This document shows, in pieces, positions 13,008-24,857 of a stretch of DNA of 64,000 bases. The notes under the pieces are model-generated. The model searched no databases. It had not been told where the DNA came from and saw only the letters and a program-made list of their open reading frames with translations. Position numbers and translations under genes: made by a program. The DNA is taken from positions 30,320,001 to 30,384,000 of the forward strand of contig NC_087245.1 in NCBI RefSeq assembly GCF_037042905.1, given 5' to 3'. This DNA is from Lytechinus pictus (lineage: Eukaryota). Numbering within the stretch: position 1 is the stretch's first letter; each line of letters begins with the position of its first letter.

Positions 13008-13583
13008 GTCTGTCTTTACCCCCCCTCCCCTTTCTCGCAACTCTTCTTCCTCTCTTTATCATATTTATCTTCCCTTTTCTCTATATTTTTATCTGCCTGC
13101 CCCCCCCCCCTCTCTCTCTCTCTCGCACCCCTGCTTCATTCATTGTCTTTCATTGTCATTTCTTTTTTTGTTTTCGTACATACATAAATTATGATTTCAT
13201 CATGAAATGCAATGAAGTTGTGTGTGCGGGGGGGGGGGGACTTATCTTTCAATAACAATGGAAGGAATCGTTTGGAAATAATATTTGACAGTTTTGCAAG
13301 TATATCTGGATTAGAATATAAATACAGAAAAGACATGAACGTAGCTAGACAATGTTATAGAGGCACCCCTCTCGAACATGAAGGGAAAGGAATAGGTTTT
13401 GTTTTGGGTTGTGTGGATATGTCTGTCTTTCTTTTTTTTTTCTGATATTGTTTTAATGATATTATCTTGATCTTTCTTTCAGTACTTGTATCTTGATGCG
13501 TAAATGAAATTATTCGTCAATAAATCTAAGTGATCACTATGTTTTAATGAATTGAGGAATATAAAAATCAAATACGAGAACAT

Positions 13584-13753
13584 GTGGGTGTTTCATAAAG
13601 CTGTTCGTAAAGTTACGAACAACTTTACGCACGACTGGAACATGTTCTTAGGTCATAAACCAATTACATAGGGATATCACATAGCATAAGAAAGGATCAC
13701 CAGTCGTGCGTAAAGTCATTCGTATCTTACGAAAAGCTTTATGAAACACCCAC
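13584..13753. mobile_element. PIF/Harbinger-like MITE, 170 bp
   Basis: TIR GTGGGTGTTTCATAAAGC...GCTTTATGAAACACCCAC; inverted copy at 50682-50851 has a CTG TSD. Confidence 0.85.
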
Positions 13754-14067
13754 CAGGACCTTTAGGTCAAAAATGATAAAGAAACATTGTATTCTTTCGA
13801 GTTGGTGGGATTTATTAATTTCCTTTGGTACGAGCAGTTCAATAAATCACACATTTACAAGAAAATGAAGTTCATATCAATCACAAAATCAATCTCTTTG
13901 CACTATGTCATCCATATTTACACGGCAATCCTTTATAAATATATACAATCTTGTTATGTGCATATGCTGGAATAAACACTACTTAAAATACTCAACAATT
14001 TTGTTGTTCATGAGAGTTCATGAGAGCTATAAAGTAGCTATACCCTGGATAAATAAGATTTAGATGC

Positions 14068-14077
14068 ATTATTACTA

Positions 14078-14123
<46 letters not shown>

Positions 14124-14185
14124 CATTATTATTATTGATGATGTTGTTGTTATTATTATTATTATCGTCATTAGTAGCAGTAGTA

Positions 14186-14251
<66 letters not shown>

Positions 14252-14262
14252 AAGTAGTAGTA
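14068..14262. repeat. Compound (ATT)n/(AGT)n microsatellite
   Basis: Direct inspection. Confidence 0.95.
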
Positions 14263-14395
14263 TTACCCGGGCTCTACAGAAGTAACCATGGTCAATGTCG
14301 TTCCAAAGCGGGTTACCATTCATTCAAAGTATAACCTTTTTTTTTGGGGGGGGGGGTGAAGTAATATGAGGATGTATTTACATTATCACGCTGAT

Positions 14396-15885
14396 GGCTT
14401 GCGTCATCGCATCAGGTTGTCGCGTCCGGTCGGGCAATTATGTAAAGGCCCTTTCACAATTGACGTACGACCATTTGCGACCTTTTGGTCGTGCGACAGG
14501 CTGCAACAGGCATTAATCGCTAGTCATCTCATAAGATCGCACAGAGGCTTTCACAGTTGCAACAGCTGTCGTACAACAAAAACAACCAGTAAACCCCGTT
14601 GCACGAGTAATTCGCATATGCTCTTATCGTGCTCGTGCGATCACATGCGAGTGTTGCACGAGGAATGGCGAGTGGAACGGTCGCATACATGCGAATGAAA
14701 CGTAGTGCAATGTTGTAAGCCGTTGCGATCGGTCTTGCAACAGTCTTATGGCCCATATTATTATCGCAACCAGTCGCAAGACAGGTCTCTGTACATGTAG
14801 GTCGCTTGCACATGTGCAAGTGTTGCACGACCTCCGGTGAAGTAAATGCGACTACTTAGTTGTGCCACCTCTCGCACCAAGTCGTACAACGTTGAACAAC
14901 ACTTGCACGATGATCGCCCGACCGATGGTACGACCCCGGGTACGGCCTGATGCGAGTGAATCGATCGTATTTGATCGCGTTCGGATTTTGAACATGTTCA
15001 AAGTTCAGATGTGACCAGTCACGACTACCTCGAGTTCGTGCAACCGTCTACAACGACTGCGAGTGCTCGCAAGACACCAAGAGATCGATCGTGCAACAAC
15101 AAGAAAAAACTGTTGCAGGCGGTCGTAAACTGGTCGGACGTCAATTGTGAAAGGGGCTGAACGGTCGCATACATGCGAATGCAACGGTAGTGGAATGTAG
15201 TAAGCCGTAATTTCGATCGGTCTTGCAACAGTCTCATATTATCGCACCCAGTCGCAAGACTGGTCTCTGTATGTCTCCAGCACATGTGCAAGTGTTGTAC
15301 GACCTCCAGTCGACTAAATGCGACTATACTTAGTTGTGCCACCTCTCGCACCAAGTCGTACAACGTTGAACAACACTCACACGATGATCGCCCGACCGAT
15401 GGTACGACCTGTTGCGAGTGAATCAATCGTATCTGATCGCGTTTGGATTTTGAACATGTTCAAAGTTCAGATGCGACCAGTCACGATCACCTCCGACCAC
15501 CTCGAGTTTGTGCGATCGTCTACAACGACTGCGAGTGCTCGCAAGACACCAAGGGATCGATCGTGCAACTACAAGAAAAAACTGTTGCAGGTGGTCGTAA
15601 ACAGGTCGTACGTCAATTGTGAAAGGGGCTTAACCTGACCATTCGAGAAAGGGACCCCCTAAATTCCCGAAAGGTCGGAGCCAGTTCACCCGACGCTTTC
15701 AATTTTCAGTCAATATACGAATATTCCGATCAAATTTTCCCGATGTTTTGTGAAATTTGTTAGCCAAATCATATTTAGGGTCAGGTAAAAATTGGCCCCG
15801 ACCTTATGAGAATTTAGGGGGTCCTTTTCTCGAATAGTCGGGTAAAGTGATTGCCCGACCGGACGTGATGTGATGACACAAGCCC
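14396..15885. mobile_element. Palindromic MITE interrupted by a Harbinger-like element
   Basis: Left arm GGCTTGCGTCATC...CGTCCGGTCGGGCAAT plus 15631-15695 is inverted relative to right arm 15780-15885. Confidence 0.8.
14446..15630. mobile_element. Non-autonomous PIF/Harbinger-like element with tandemly duplicated 3' part
   Basis: TAA TSD (14443-14445, 15631-15633); TIR AGGCCCTTTCACAATTGACGTACGACC; 14675-15158 is repeated at 15159-15630. Confidence 0.88.
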
Positions 15886-16242
15886 CGACACTGTATCCTA
15901 AAAATATAGTAAATTAATTCGTTTCGCATTAAAAAAAAGGTAGCCCGAGTCAACATTTGTCGGTTCTCATCAGGAAACTTATAATAAACAATACATCAAT
16001 GATATTCATATTAAAGATATTCATATTAAAGATATTCATATACCGGTATACATTTTACTTTTTGTGCCATAATATTTTTTTTCCCTAATTTTATGGGTAC
16101 GTAGCCTTTAGTTGGATTGACATAAGGTCGATCAAGCACATAGAAGATTAGCCCATGATATTTTGATTCTTTCAGTCCATTCAATATGCTTTTGCATTAT
16201 TTGAAATAGGTATTGATGAAAAATAGGTCATTACTATACAAG

Positions 16243-16436
16243 GTTTCCTTCAGCAAGAAACTCGTCCTCATTGTGCTGCACTCAACCCAGGTGAGGTGAA
16301 TGGGCACCCGGTAGGAAGGAATTCCTTGAATGCTTGAGCGACTAGGCAGCTCAGCTTAAGCCGGGGTAATAATAGCAGGGCCCGCTGGTAGAACAGTTTT
16401 CGAAACTGAAGTGGCTACCCTGGGTAAATATACCTA

Positions 16437-16506
<70 letters not shown>

Positions 16507-16524
16507 ATTATTATTATTATTATA
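16243..16524 (+). mobile_element. 5'-truncated SINE (Deu/Nin-like core) with long (ATT)n tail
   Basis: TTTCCTTCAGCAAGAAACT...CACTCAACCCAGGTGAGGTGAATGGG matches the 12354 SINE core; different 3' tail. Confidence 0.85.
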
Positions 16525-17366
16525 AGGTTTGAGGACTCTCTCAGAAATTTACTATCAGGGTAATGATCAAAATCATGGATCTTTAGCACCTCACAACTTC
16601 TTAACTAAACAATATTAGTAAACCTTTTAAATTATTAAAACGTCGTGACTCATGATACCAACAATTTTCTAGTGAACTTATTTGTTTTGATTCAAAACTT
16701 TTCTATTGGAACCATGTTACTGTAGTTTACACCAAAAGTTACATATGAATACAGTATTCAGGTGATATTTTTTTAGTACAAGGTAAAGAAAACTCTACTC
16801 CATTTTATATAGACGTTGAAATGTCATATATTTCCCTCATCTCCAATTCACATTTCTGTTCTGATTGAAACTTGATTTCAGTGTAAAGATATCTAAACAA
16901 CTTCTTGTTCTCGTTCTCGTTGTTCTTGATGATGACATTATTTGGCAACATTCAATTTCTTCACCAAAGTTTTCCGCAGAGCATTACAATTGACCCTGCA
17001 TCGATGGCTGTGTGTACTTTTTGGAGGATGTAAGATCGTTAACAAACATTCTGGTTTACATTTCATAATCATCAAGTTGTCATCAATTTTATCACCATCA
17101 TTTTTATCATCATCACTGTCACGTTCAACGTCAACCAATATATACCTAATTGTCTACTTGTATATTACCACTGCTACCCCGTTCCTTATTGATCACTTCC
17201 GGATTCACATTGATCCTTTCAAAAATAACTTGGAGATATCATAATGACAATTATGGTTTATAATACTACGTAGAAAAAGATCAGCGGTAAATAATAGTGT
17301 CTTACGGTTCCTAGCGATTGGCGGCTCACATAACTTCGATCACCTTCCATCTAGCTGTTGCCTCAT

Positions 17367-17909
17367 CCGGGGGGGGGGGGCACTTACATTGACGAATGGA
17401 TACCACGCGCCACTAAAAAAAAACACGTAAAACGGATTTCTTTTTCTAGATAAGGGTGCCAAAACACTAGAATAATGAAAAACGGGTATCTATTTCGCTA
17501 GGAAAGCTATGTGTTAAGGGTCAAAATTGCGAGGGTGTAAAACGACCAAAATGTTTTATAAAGGATGTACTTTTTTGCCCCAACAGTCAACACTACGGGT
17601 TTTATGAGTCCGATTTGTGCGAGGTGTGTGAGGTGGGGCCGTACTAAACCCAATGATGTATGTGAGGGTAAAACCGACGTCCGTGACATTGTTTAGGGGT
17701 TCAATTCAGGGAATACTTGCCAAGGGTATCGTTTTGTTTCCAATACTTAATTAACTTACTTAATTAAGAGTAGGGTAGGGTTTCACACGCCAATACTTGT
17801 GAACGTGTGCATTTTCAGAATATGGAAAATACTTGTTTAGGGTACTTTTCGAGAACCCATGGTCGCGCATGGTATCCACTCGTCAATGGAAGTGCCCCCC
17901 CCCCCCGGG
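17367..17909. mobile_element. About 550-bp MITE (CCCGGG-ended family), copy 1, just 3' of the GPCR stop
   Basis: TIR GGGCACTTACATTGACGA(A/G)TGGATACCA...TGGTATCCACTCGTCAATGGAAGTGCCC; homologous to 52489-53039. Confidence 0.9.
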
Positions 17910-18049
17910 GGGGGGGGGGGGCTCATTCTATACCGTATCATCGCTTCTCTTTGGAAACAGTACTTTTTTTTATCTTTTTCACGGTGCAGTCCTATACTGT
18001 CCAACTGCAAGGCTGACGACCGATAAAACCCGTAAGGCCAAGTCATTGT

Positions 18050-18272
18050 TCACACTGGTGTGATTGATAATTCAGGAGCTCCATCAATGTCTGCGTCAGG
18101 TTCTGCATCTTCATTGCTTTTCAATTTTAACTTGCACTCTTCCATAGCTTCTTCGCCCTGGCAGATGTCACCGCTGAGTTCATCGCGACTCCCATCTTCC
18201 CGTATGCACCGGTGATGACCGCTCGAATTGTTGGTAGTACGTGTCACCATCTTGGAACATCTCTCACGGAAT
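18050..18272 (-). CDS. GPCR last coding exon (cytoplasmic tail, ends ...LSITPV*)
   Basis: Acceptor TTCCAG at 18273-18278; phase 2 matches the upstream donor and gives ...KVNR-FRERCSKMVTRT in frame with ORF 18050-18250. Confidence 0.8.
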
Positions 18273-18818
18273 CTGGAATGGGAAGGGGGTAGGATGGCGA
18301 TGGATGGTAGTTGGTCAAAGAAAGAGATGACATGACGAGGGGGAGATAAAAATACAAATACAGATTGCTACCATAATTTTGAACGTACGCACTCAAAAGT
18401 TATCTATCTGAGTTTAAGACTGAACGGAGAGTAAAGAAATAGAGGGAAAGAGAACCACAAAACATACGCACAAACAGAGGGAAAGAAAGAAAAGGGTGAA
18501 AAGATTATTTCGATTGAATTGAAAATTCAAGTCTTAATCTTATTTTTAAAAATGTAAACGTTTGCCTTTATGTTGATTTCTTGATCTTTATCGTGAGCTG
18601 TCATCATCCCATTCTTAAAGATGCAATAGCGCCGCCAGATAAGTCTTTTGACCACAGGTGAAAGAATTCCTGTCTGGAGCCACTAACATTGACGAGTGGA
18701 TACCATGCGCGACCAAAAAAACAAGTAAAAAGGATGCCTTTTTCAAGATAGGGCACGTTACGTACGTAACGTAATAAGGGTGTAAAAAACGCAAAAATAT
18801 TGAAAAAAGGGTATCTAT

Positions 18819-19091
18819 GGAGCGTTGTGGCCCAGTGGATTAGTCTTCGGACTTTGAAACAGAGGGTCGTGGGTTCGAATCCCAGCCATGGCGTAATTTC
18901 CTTCAGCAAGAAACTGATCCACAGTGTGCTGCACTCAACCCAGGTGTGGTAAATGGGTACCGGTAGGAAGTAATTCCTTAAAAAAGCTGTGTGCGCTATG
19001 AACGCCTAGCTTAGCCGGGTAATATAGGAGCGCCTTGAGCACCTAACAAGGTGGATATGTGCGCAATATAAATATCCTATATTATTATTAT
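18819..19091 (+). mobile_element. tRNA-derived SINE, copy 2
   Basis: Near-identical to 12354-12630; inserted within the MITE sequence GGGTATCTA/TTTCGCT. Confidence 0.92.
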
Positions 19092-19381
19092 TTCGCTCTA
19101 AAAATATACGTGTTTAGGGTCAAATGTGCGGGGTTGATAAAACAACATCGAAATGTTTTATAAAGCCAAAGGATGTCCTTTTTGCCCTAACACTACGTGT
19201 TTAGAGTCAGATTTGCGCGAGGTGTGGAAGGTGGGGCCGTACTAAACCAAAATAATGGTGTATAAAGGTAAAACCGACTACCGACCGACCTGTGACATAA
19301 CAATAAAATATCGCAGTACTTGTTTAGGGGTTCATTTCAGGGAATACTTGCCAAGAGTACCGTTTTGTTTCCAATACTTGT

Positions 19382-21044
19382 TGTCACGTTTGGAAAATGC
19401 AAGAAAAATAATTCATCATTATTCATTTAATTTGAAACACCCTAAAATCAGGTGTGCAGTTTGAAGCATAAAAGGTTATGACAGAGAGAAATAAATAGAG
19501 ATAGAACGAATGATAGAGAGAAAGAGAGGAGGGCAGAATGTGCCATTGATGGTTGAGTGATCAATCCAGATGCCTGGTGTTCAATAGAGTGCTAGTTGTA
19601 TTGTGTGTAATGCATCTTGCCTAGCAATGAAAAGGAAAGTGGTATTGCATTAACCATTGTTAATGAACCTTAAACATGTTTTGCATGACTCTTTTGTATT
19701 AGCCTATGTGTGTAGATAGATAGCTGTTGCTGCTGTATTAGGAGAGTGGTGAGAAGACACACCCTATGAATCTGTCTTGGTGTGCAGAGGTGCGCATTAC
19801 CAGTTCTAGCCAAGAGATAGCTGGATTATTTCTGGTGATATTTATTTGAAAGCCAGAAGATGGCATTTTTCGTTGAAAGGTCTTCTTTACACTATAATTT
19901 CCAAGTTTGTCCCCTACACTTCCATCGGTGAGTGATCATTGGGATATCGTTATTACTAAGAAATGTGACTTTGTAAAGTGATGTATTCTGTAAAAGTTTA
20001 ATTGGGCATTGTAAATGGTGGAAAGCCCGATAAAATAATAATGATAAGATAAATCAAAATTCTATCAAACAAATGAGATTTTCAACAGACAGATTATTTT
20101 CATCTAGTTGAGTGCTGTAAAAGAAATGACTTTTAAGTATCGTTTACTTCAAAGAGAACACATATTATATATTTGTTTGTGCCTTTAATTGTTTTGTACT
20201 TTAGATGGCACATTACCCAGAGCTTGGGATTTTGAAAACATCGTTGTGTCCTCCTTCCAAGTGTCAATGAAGATTGGTCAAGCAATTGGACATTCGAACC
20301 AAAGTGCATGGCGTCGTAGAGTGGATACTAGTTGAACATTCATCACATCATGGTGAGCTGTATCAATTCAAATTAGACTGATGAACAATGACTCTAATGA
20401 GGAGTGAACTACTTCACACTTTTGAGAGTGATCACGAAACCATTGATAAATTTTGTCAACAAGTGATATGCCCAAATGTTTTGTATTGGCCAAGATTTAT
20501 TACAGAGCCAGTGAAAGCGTTACAGCTTGAGTTTAGTTTGATTATACAGTATAGTTTGAGAGTTTATTGACTCTCCGCATGGAACCTGTGGGTATTTCTG
20601 ATCCACATCCATAGTAATATTAAGAGGATTGAGAGATGGGAGAGAATGGTCATTGGAAGTGAGATATGTGGACAGTACAGGTCCACTACTCATATTTTAT
20701 GACAGATCATTGTATTCGGAAAGAGAATTATCACTTAGAAATTGGAGTGTAGTCATGGTAGTGAGGAACTACAAATAGTAACTCCTCATGTGTTCAACTT
20801 GAGGGGATTGTTTAAACCCTAAATTCCATACTGATACTGGTATCGTTGACTTATGAGAAATTTGTAAATGTGCGCACATAATATCCGACAAGTAGTTTAA
20901 TGTATACGAAAAGACCGTATCACCGTTGTGTAAGTGGTGAATTTGGATACTTGGAATTTGATTATGATTAAATGATTGATTTGTGGAGATCGTAAATGGC
21001 ATGTGTTTGTTATCATTATTCTGTATTATGCGTACCATGTGACA
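19382..21044. mobile_element. Solo LTR (1663 bp) of an LTR retrotransposon
   Basis: Ends TGTCAC...GTGACA; perfect 5-bp TSD CTTGT (19377-19381, 21045-21049); no coding capacity. Confidence 0.85.
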
Positions 21045-21467
21045 CTTGTTAAAGGGTGCATTTTCAGAATATGGAAAATACATCGCTGTACTTGTTTAGG
21101 GTCTCAATTCTGGGAATACTTGTTAAGGGTAGGGTTTCACACGCCAATACTTGTTAAGGGGTGCATTTTCAGAATATGGAAAATACGTGTTTAGGGTGCT
21201 TTTCAAGACCCCGTGGTCGCGCATGGTATCCACTCGTCAATGGAAGTGGCCCCTCCGGGAAGTCATGGTAATGATCCATAAGGGTATATCTCGAATCCTT
21301 CGTGGGATATTGTTTTATTTCCAAAAAGGCCATACAATGACAGCGTTATAACATAACGTCGGCTTTTTCCCAAACCAATAAGGCACTCCAAAATCAATGG
21401 ATAAGTCCAATTTTGCATGAAGCCGATTATGCTCTTTATAGTATAATCACCTACTAATTTGAATTAC

Positions 21468-21640
21468 CTGTTCACTTTTGTGCTCCAGAGTTTACATGTG
21501 CCTCTATTACATGTAAATGCGGTTAGGATGTAGACACCTTGAAGGCTGTTTAACAAGATGAAGACATACCAGAGAACCGTTATAGCTGCCCAAGCGGCGA
21601 TGTAGGCGAATAGCCAAGTGAACCCCATTAATAAGGCGAT
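21468..21640 (-). CDS. GPCR exon encoding TM6-TM7
   Basis: IALLMGFTWLFAYI...LWYVFILLNSLQGVYILTAF has the class B LMGxTW and NSLQG motifs; acceptor CCTCAG (phase 0), donor AG/GTAATT (phase 2). Confidence 0.93.
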
Positions 21641-21675
21641 CTGAGGACACAGAATATAGAGCATTGACAAATGTG

Positions 21676-21954
21676 CACTGTTAAAATAAAACTGTAAAAA
21701 AAATAGTAATTATCGAACACTATTTATACGATAGATGCACTGCAATCAACGTAAAAACACAATAGTCCGTTGTTTTTTTTTTACAAAGATAATTATATTT
21801 TACTTTGTTTTACATTTAACTTGTAATTCTACGTTACATATCACTGTATAAATACGCTTGGTTTGTTAAATCATTGTGCTGTCTGTTAGTAAAAGGGAAA
21901 CATCCGGTACATTTACGACTTTTCTTTGTAAAATTACTAGTATTTTTAACACTG
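21676..21954. mobile_element. Degenerate EnSpm/CACTA-like MITE in GPCR intron
   Basis: Ends CACTGTTAAAA...TTTTAACACTG. Confidence 0.5.
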
Positions 21955-22344
21955 TATGAGAAACTCGACGTCAAAGATAACACAAGCAATAACTACACAA
22001 GAAGTTAGGTATCAACCGATCAAAGCAGTCCAAATGACGATTATAAGTTTGGATGAAATGTTAACACGAGGCTAGAATAAAGGTAATCTTATCATCATGG
22101 ATAATGATTTTACAAAAGATATTGGCATCTTCGTCTCAAACCAACGTACTGACATCATTATCTTGCCCATCTAGGAATATCCTGTATTTTTCAAAAAACT
22201 AGGGCTATACGAATTCTTTCCCCCTTTTATATTGAATATTTAGACCTGGAAGAGAAAGCTTGATTTTACCAACCCGTCACATTCAGAAAATGTAACTACA
22301 AAAGATATAGCTGCATGGTTATTATAGACATACTGATCACGGAC

Positions 22345-24857
22345 CTTGAATGAGACCATCGTATCTCTTCTCGTTTTTCTCCTTCTCCTTCTCTCGTCTT
22401 CCAGACCACTTCTCGGCGTTCTTCTCGAGAGGAACCCACTTACAATGTTAGTGAACATAGCAACGTTGACCAGCAACGTCAAGCCAACGGGTACCCCGAA
22501 GGCTAAAAGGTTCGCAAGACCTCCGGTGATCCAACAGCTCGCTATGGTCCCGTACTGGAAATCTGCATTGCTCCAGAAATCAACCGCGACACTAACTAGA
22601 ACAACAACGAGAGGTGCTCCCCAGCCATAGGCGCAGTACAAAAGGAATGTCTTGTAGATCTTGGAGCCCATCACGAAACGCTTCCGCATGGAGCCTGCTC
22701 TTGTTCCGAGGCTCTGTGACAGGTGAAAGGCAAGAACATTGGTCCAGGTGAAGGCACTGAGCCAAGCGTAGTGCAGAATGATGGCTATCACGGTACAGAT
22801 GGTATCGTTCTGTGTCTCACCAACCCCGAAGAGGAACAACCCTTGACCTACGAAAAGAGCGACAATGAGAGACATAACGGTCTTACCAGGAAGGTTCCGC
22901 ATGGAGGGAAACACTAAGTAGGTGGTGAAAGTAATGAGCATGCTTATCAAGGAAAGCCCTAATCCGAAGCAACTGACAAGGATCTCTGCAGAAGAAAAAC
23001 TGAAGATAGGTATCCTTTCTTCGGATATGGACGCCGAAGTATTCCCCAGGACACCGTGGCACACCAAGACTGTTCCATTTGCTGTAATCTCATATTGATT
23101 AGCTTTGATGATTTTCTCCGTCGGCAGGTATTTAAGCCGTTCCCGGCCGTTCTTTACAGGAACTACTATGAAGTCACTATAAGGGGCCGAGTCTACTGGA
23201 CAAGGTACATGATCCAACGCTAAACGGTTGCAGGCCATAACTCTTTGCCTCGTATGTACCTGGGTACCTGTTTCCGTGAAACTCGTTACATATATAAGAT
23301 TCTGAAGAATCTTTGCCTGGTAGTTAACGTTAAGATTTGTTGGAACACTCGTCTGGTTTTCAGTGACATTGAATTCTACTGATCGGGAAGAGTTCATGGT
23401 GACGTCTCGACATTTTCCTGCCCCGATGAGGTCACGATGAAGAGACAAGCACCCTTGTTGGAAATCTACGTTTAAAGTTTGGCATGGTAATGACTGGATT
23501 TCCAGTTGAGATTTGAAGATATTGATAAGACCCAATAAAGATGTCGACACCCTTGGGTCGCTGCTGTTCGTGGTAGTGATTGACATATTAGCTATCTTGT
23601 AAATATTGTCAACGGAACATTCCCCAACAAGATCATTCAAAGTGAAGGATAAGCGCACTCTCTGGACCTCTGAAACACATGTCAACCACCAGTCTATCAT
23701 ATCAGAGCACTCGTTAGATCTGAAGTCAAACTTGTTGGATATCTGAGTTTCGATACGAACACTCTTTGTATTCCTGAATGGTCCACATGATGTTGGAATC
23801 GTCGAAGGGATCTTGATACAGTCACCAAATGGGGTAAGATATCCCTTTGCGCAATTGACTACACGGCATTTCTCAAGAAAGATGTCAAAGATTTGATCCT
23901 GATTGGGACAAGGTGGGAATCCCAGCGATCTCTCTCCCTCGTGATTTATAACGTAATAGTCACCCTTTGAGAAGTCGGCTACTATCCTCAGTGAGTAAAA
24001 TCTGATTTGAGGTGGGTCATACCGCACAATGTTGCATCGCACCTCGACACCTAGGTTACACTGAGCGCAGTACTTGTTCCTGTAGTAGATTCCATTTGCT
24101 GCTATTACAGACTGATATCTCCGACACAAAGTCCTAATCCGCTGGTCAAAGAAACTACTCGGACAATTAGAAACAAGATTTGGAAAGCACCGGCGGAGGG
24201 GTTTTGCTTTGGCTGGCTCAGTCACAGTTACATCGCAGTATTTTGTTGCAAGTGACACCCATTTTGTAAACGTACCCGAAGTCCCTATTTCGGAGTTTAC
24301 TGTCCATAACCCAGTACTGTTAAATGATGAATTGCATTTGGAAAACTCAACGTTCCAGGATTTAATATTCTGTATGCTCAAGCCATTACAGAGAGCGCAA
24401 AACATATTCTTATACGTGAGTCCTTGATGGTGGTATACAGGTGTATTTAATATGATGTCGCGGTTTTCATCTTCACACATCTTGCGATAGTTCCTATCAA
24501 TGTCTGAAGACATCTTTGTAGGACAAGATGCAATAATGTAATATCCATATTGCAGCTTTTCGACTGGCCTTCCGGCACTGATGATCTGCCACTCCTTTTT
24601 GTCGACGAAGTTCTGCACCCTGACGCAGCTGTATGTAGCATTTGTGCTTGTTATTGAGGGTGCTTGTGAGTGGATAGCACTAACGTGAGTCCTGTAGCGA
24701 CTGCACTGGGTGTGGTCTTTGCAGCAATCGTTGAAGAATGGACAATCTTGGTCACAGAAGCAGAGTGGAGGGCGCCCGCTATTTCCTTCTGTCCAGGGAC
24801 ATTGGCCACTGCAAGTCTGTTCTGGCGTGCATGTCCCACCGATGTTAGCTGGAAAAC
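22345..24857 (-). CDS. Large exon of a somatomedin-B-domain, Methuselah-like/adhesion-like class B GPCR (ectodomain + TM1-TM5)
   Basis: Within the 898-aa ORF: SMB pattern CSGQC...CFCDQDCPFFNDCCKD; 7TM motifs RNLPGK, CTVIAIILHYAWLSAFTW, YGWGAP and CWI; donor AAG/GTCCGT at 22345 (phase 0); likely acceptor TATGCAG/G at 24857 (phase 1), alternative at 24900. Confidence 0.92.

Larger units (their letters stand above)
18674..21259. mobile_element. Same MITE family, copy 2, split by a SINE and a solo LTR
   Basis: Pieces 18674-18818, 19092-19381 and 21045-21259 rejoin into a sequence essentially collinear with 52489-53039. Confidence 0.88.

Noticed and set aside
12778..13062. Lys/Glu/Arg-rich ORFs
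   Set aside because: Translation of the (TTTC)n microsatellite
14366..15638. Several 100-130 aa ORFs
   Set aside because: They lie in a GC-richer non-autonomous element and show no DDE or Myb-like motifs
22240..22344. C-terminal 34 codons of the 898-aa ORF
   Set aside because: Intron read-through past the donor at 22345; TM6-7 lie in the next exon
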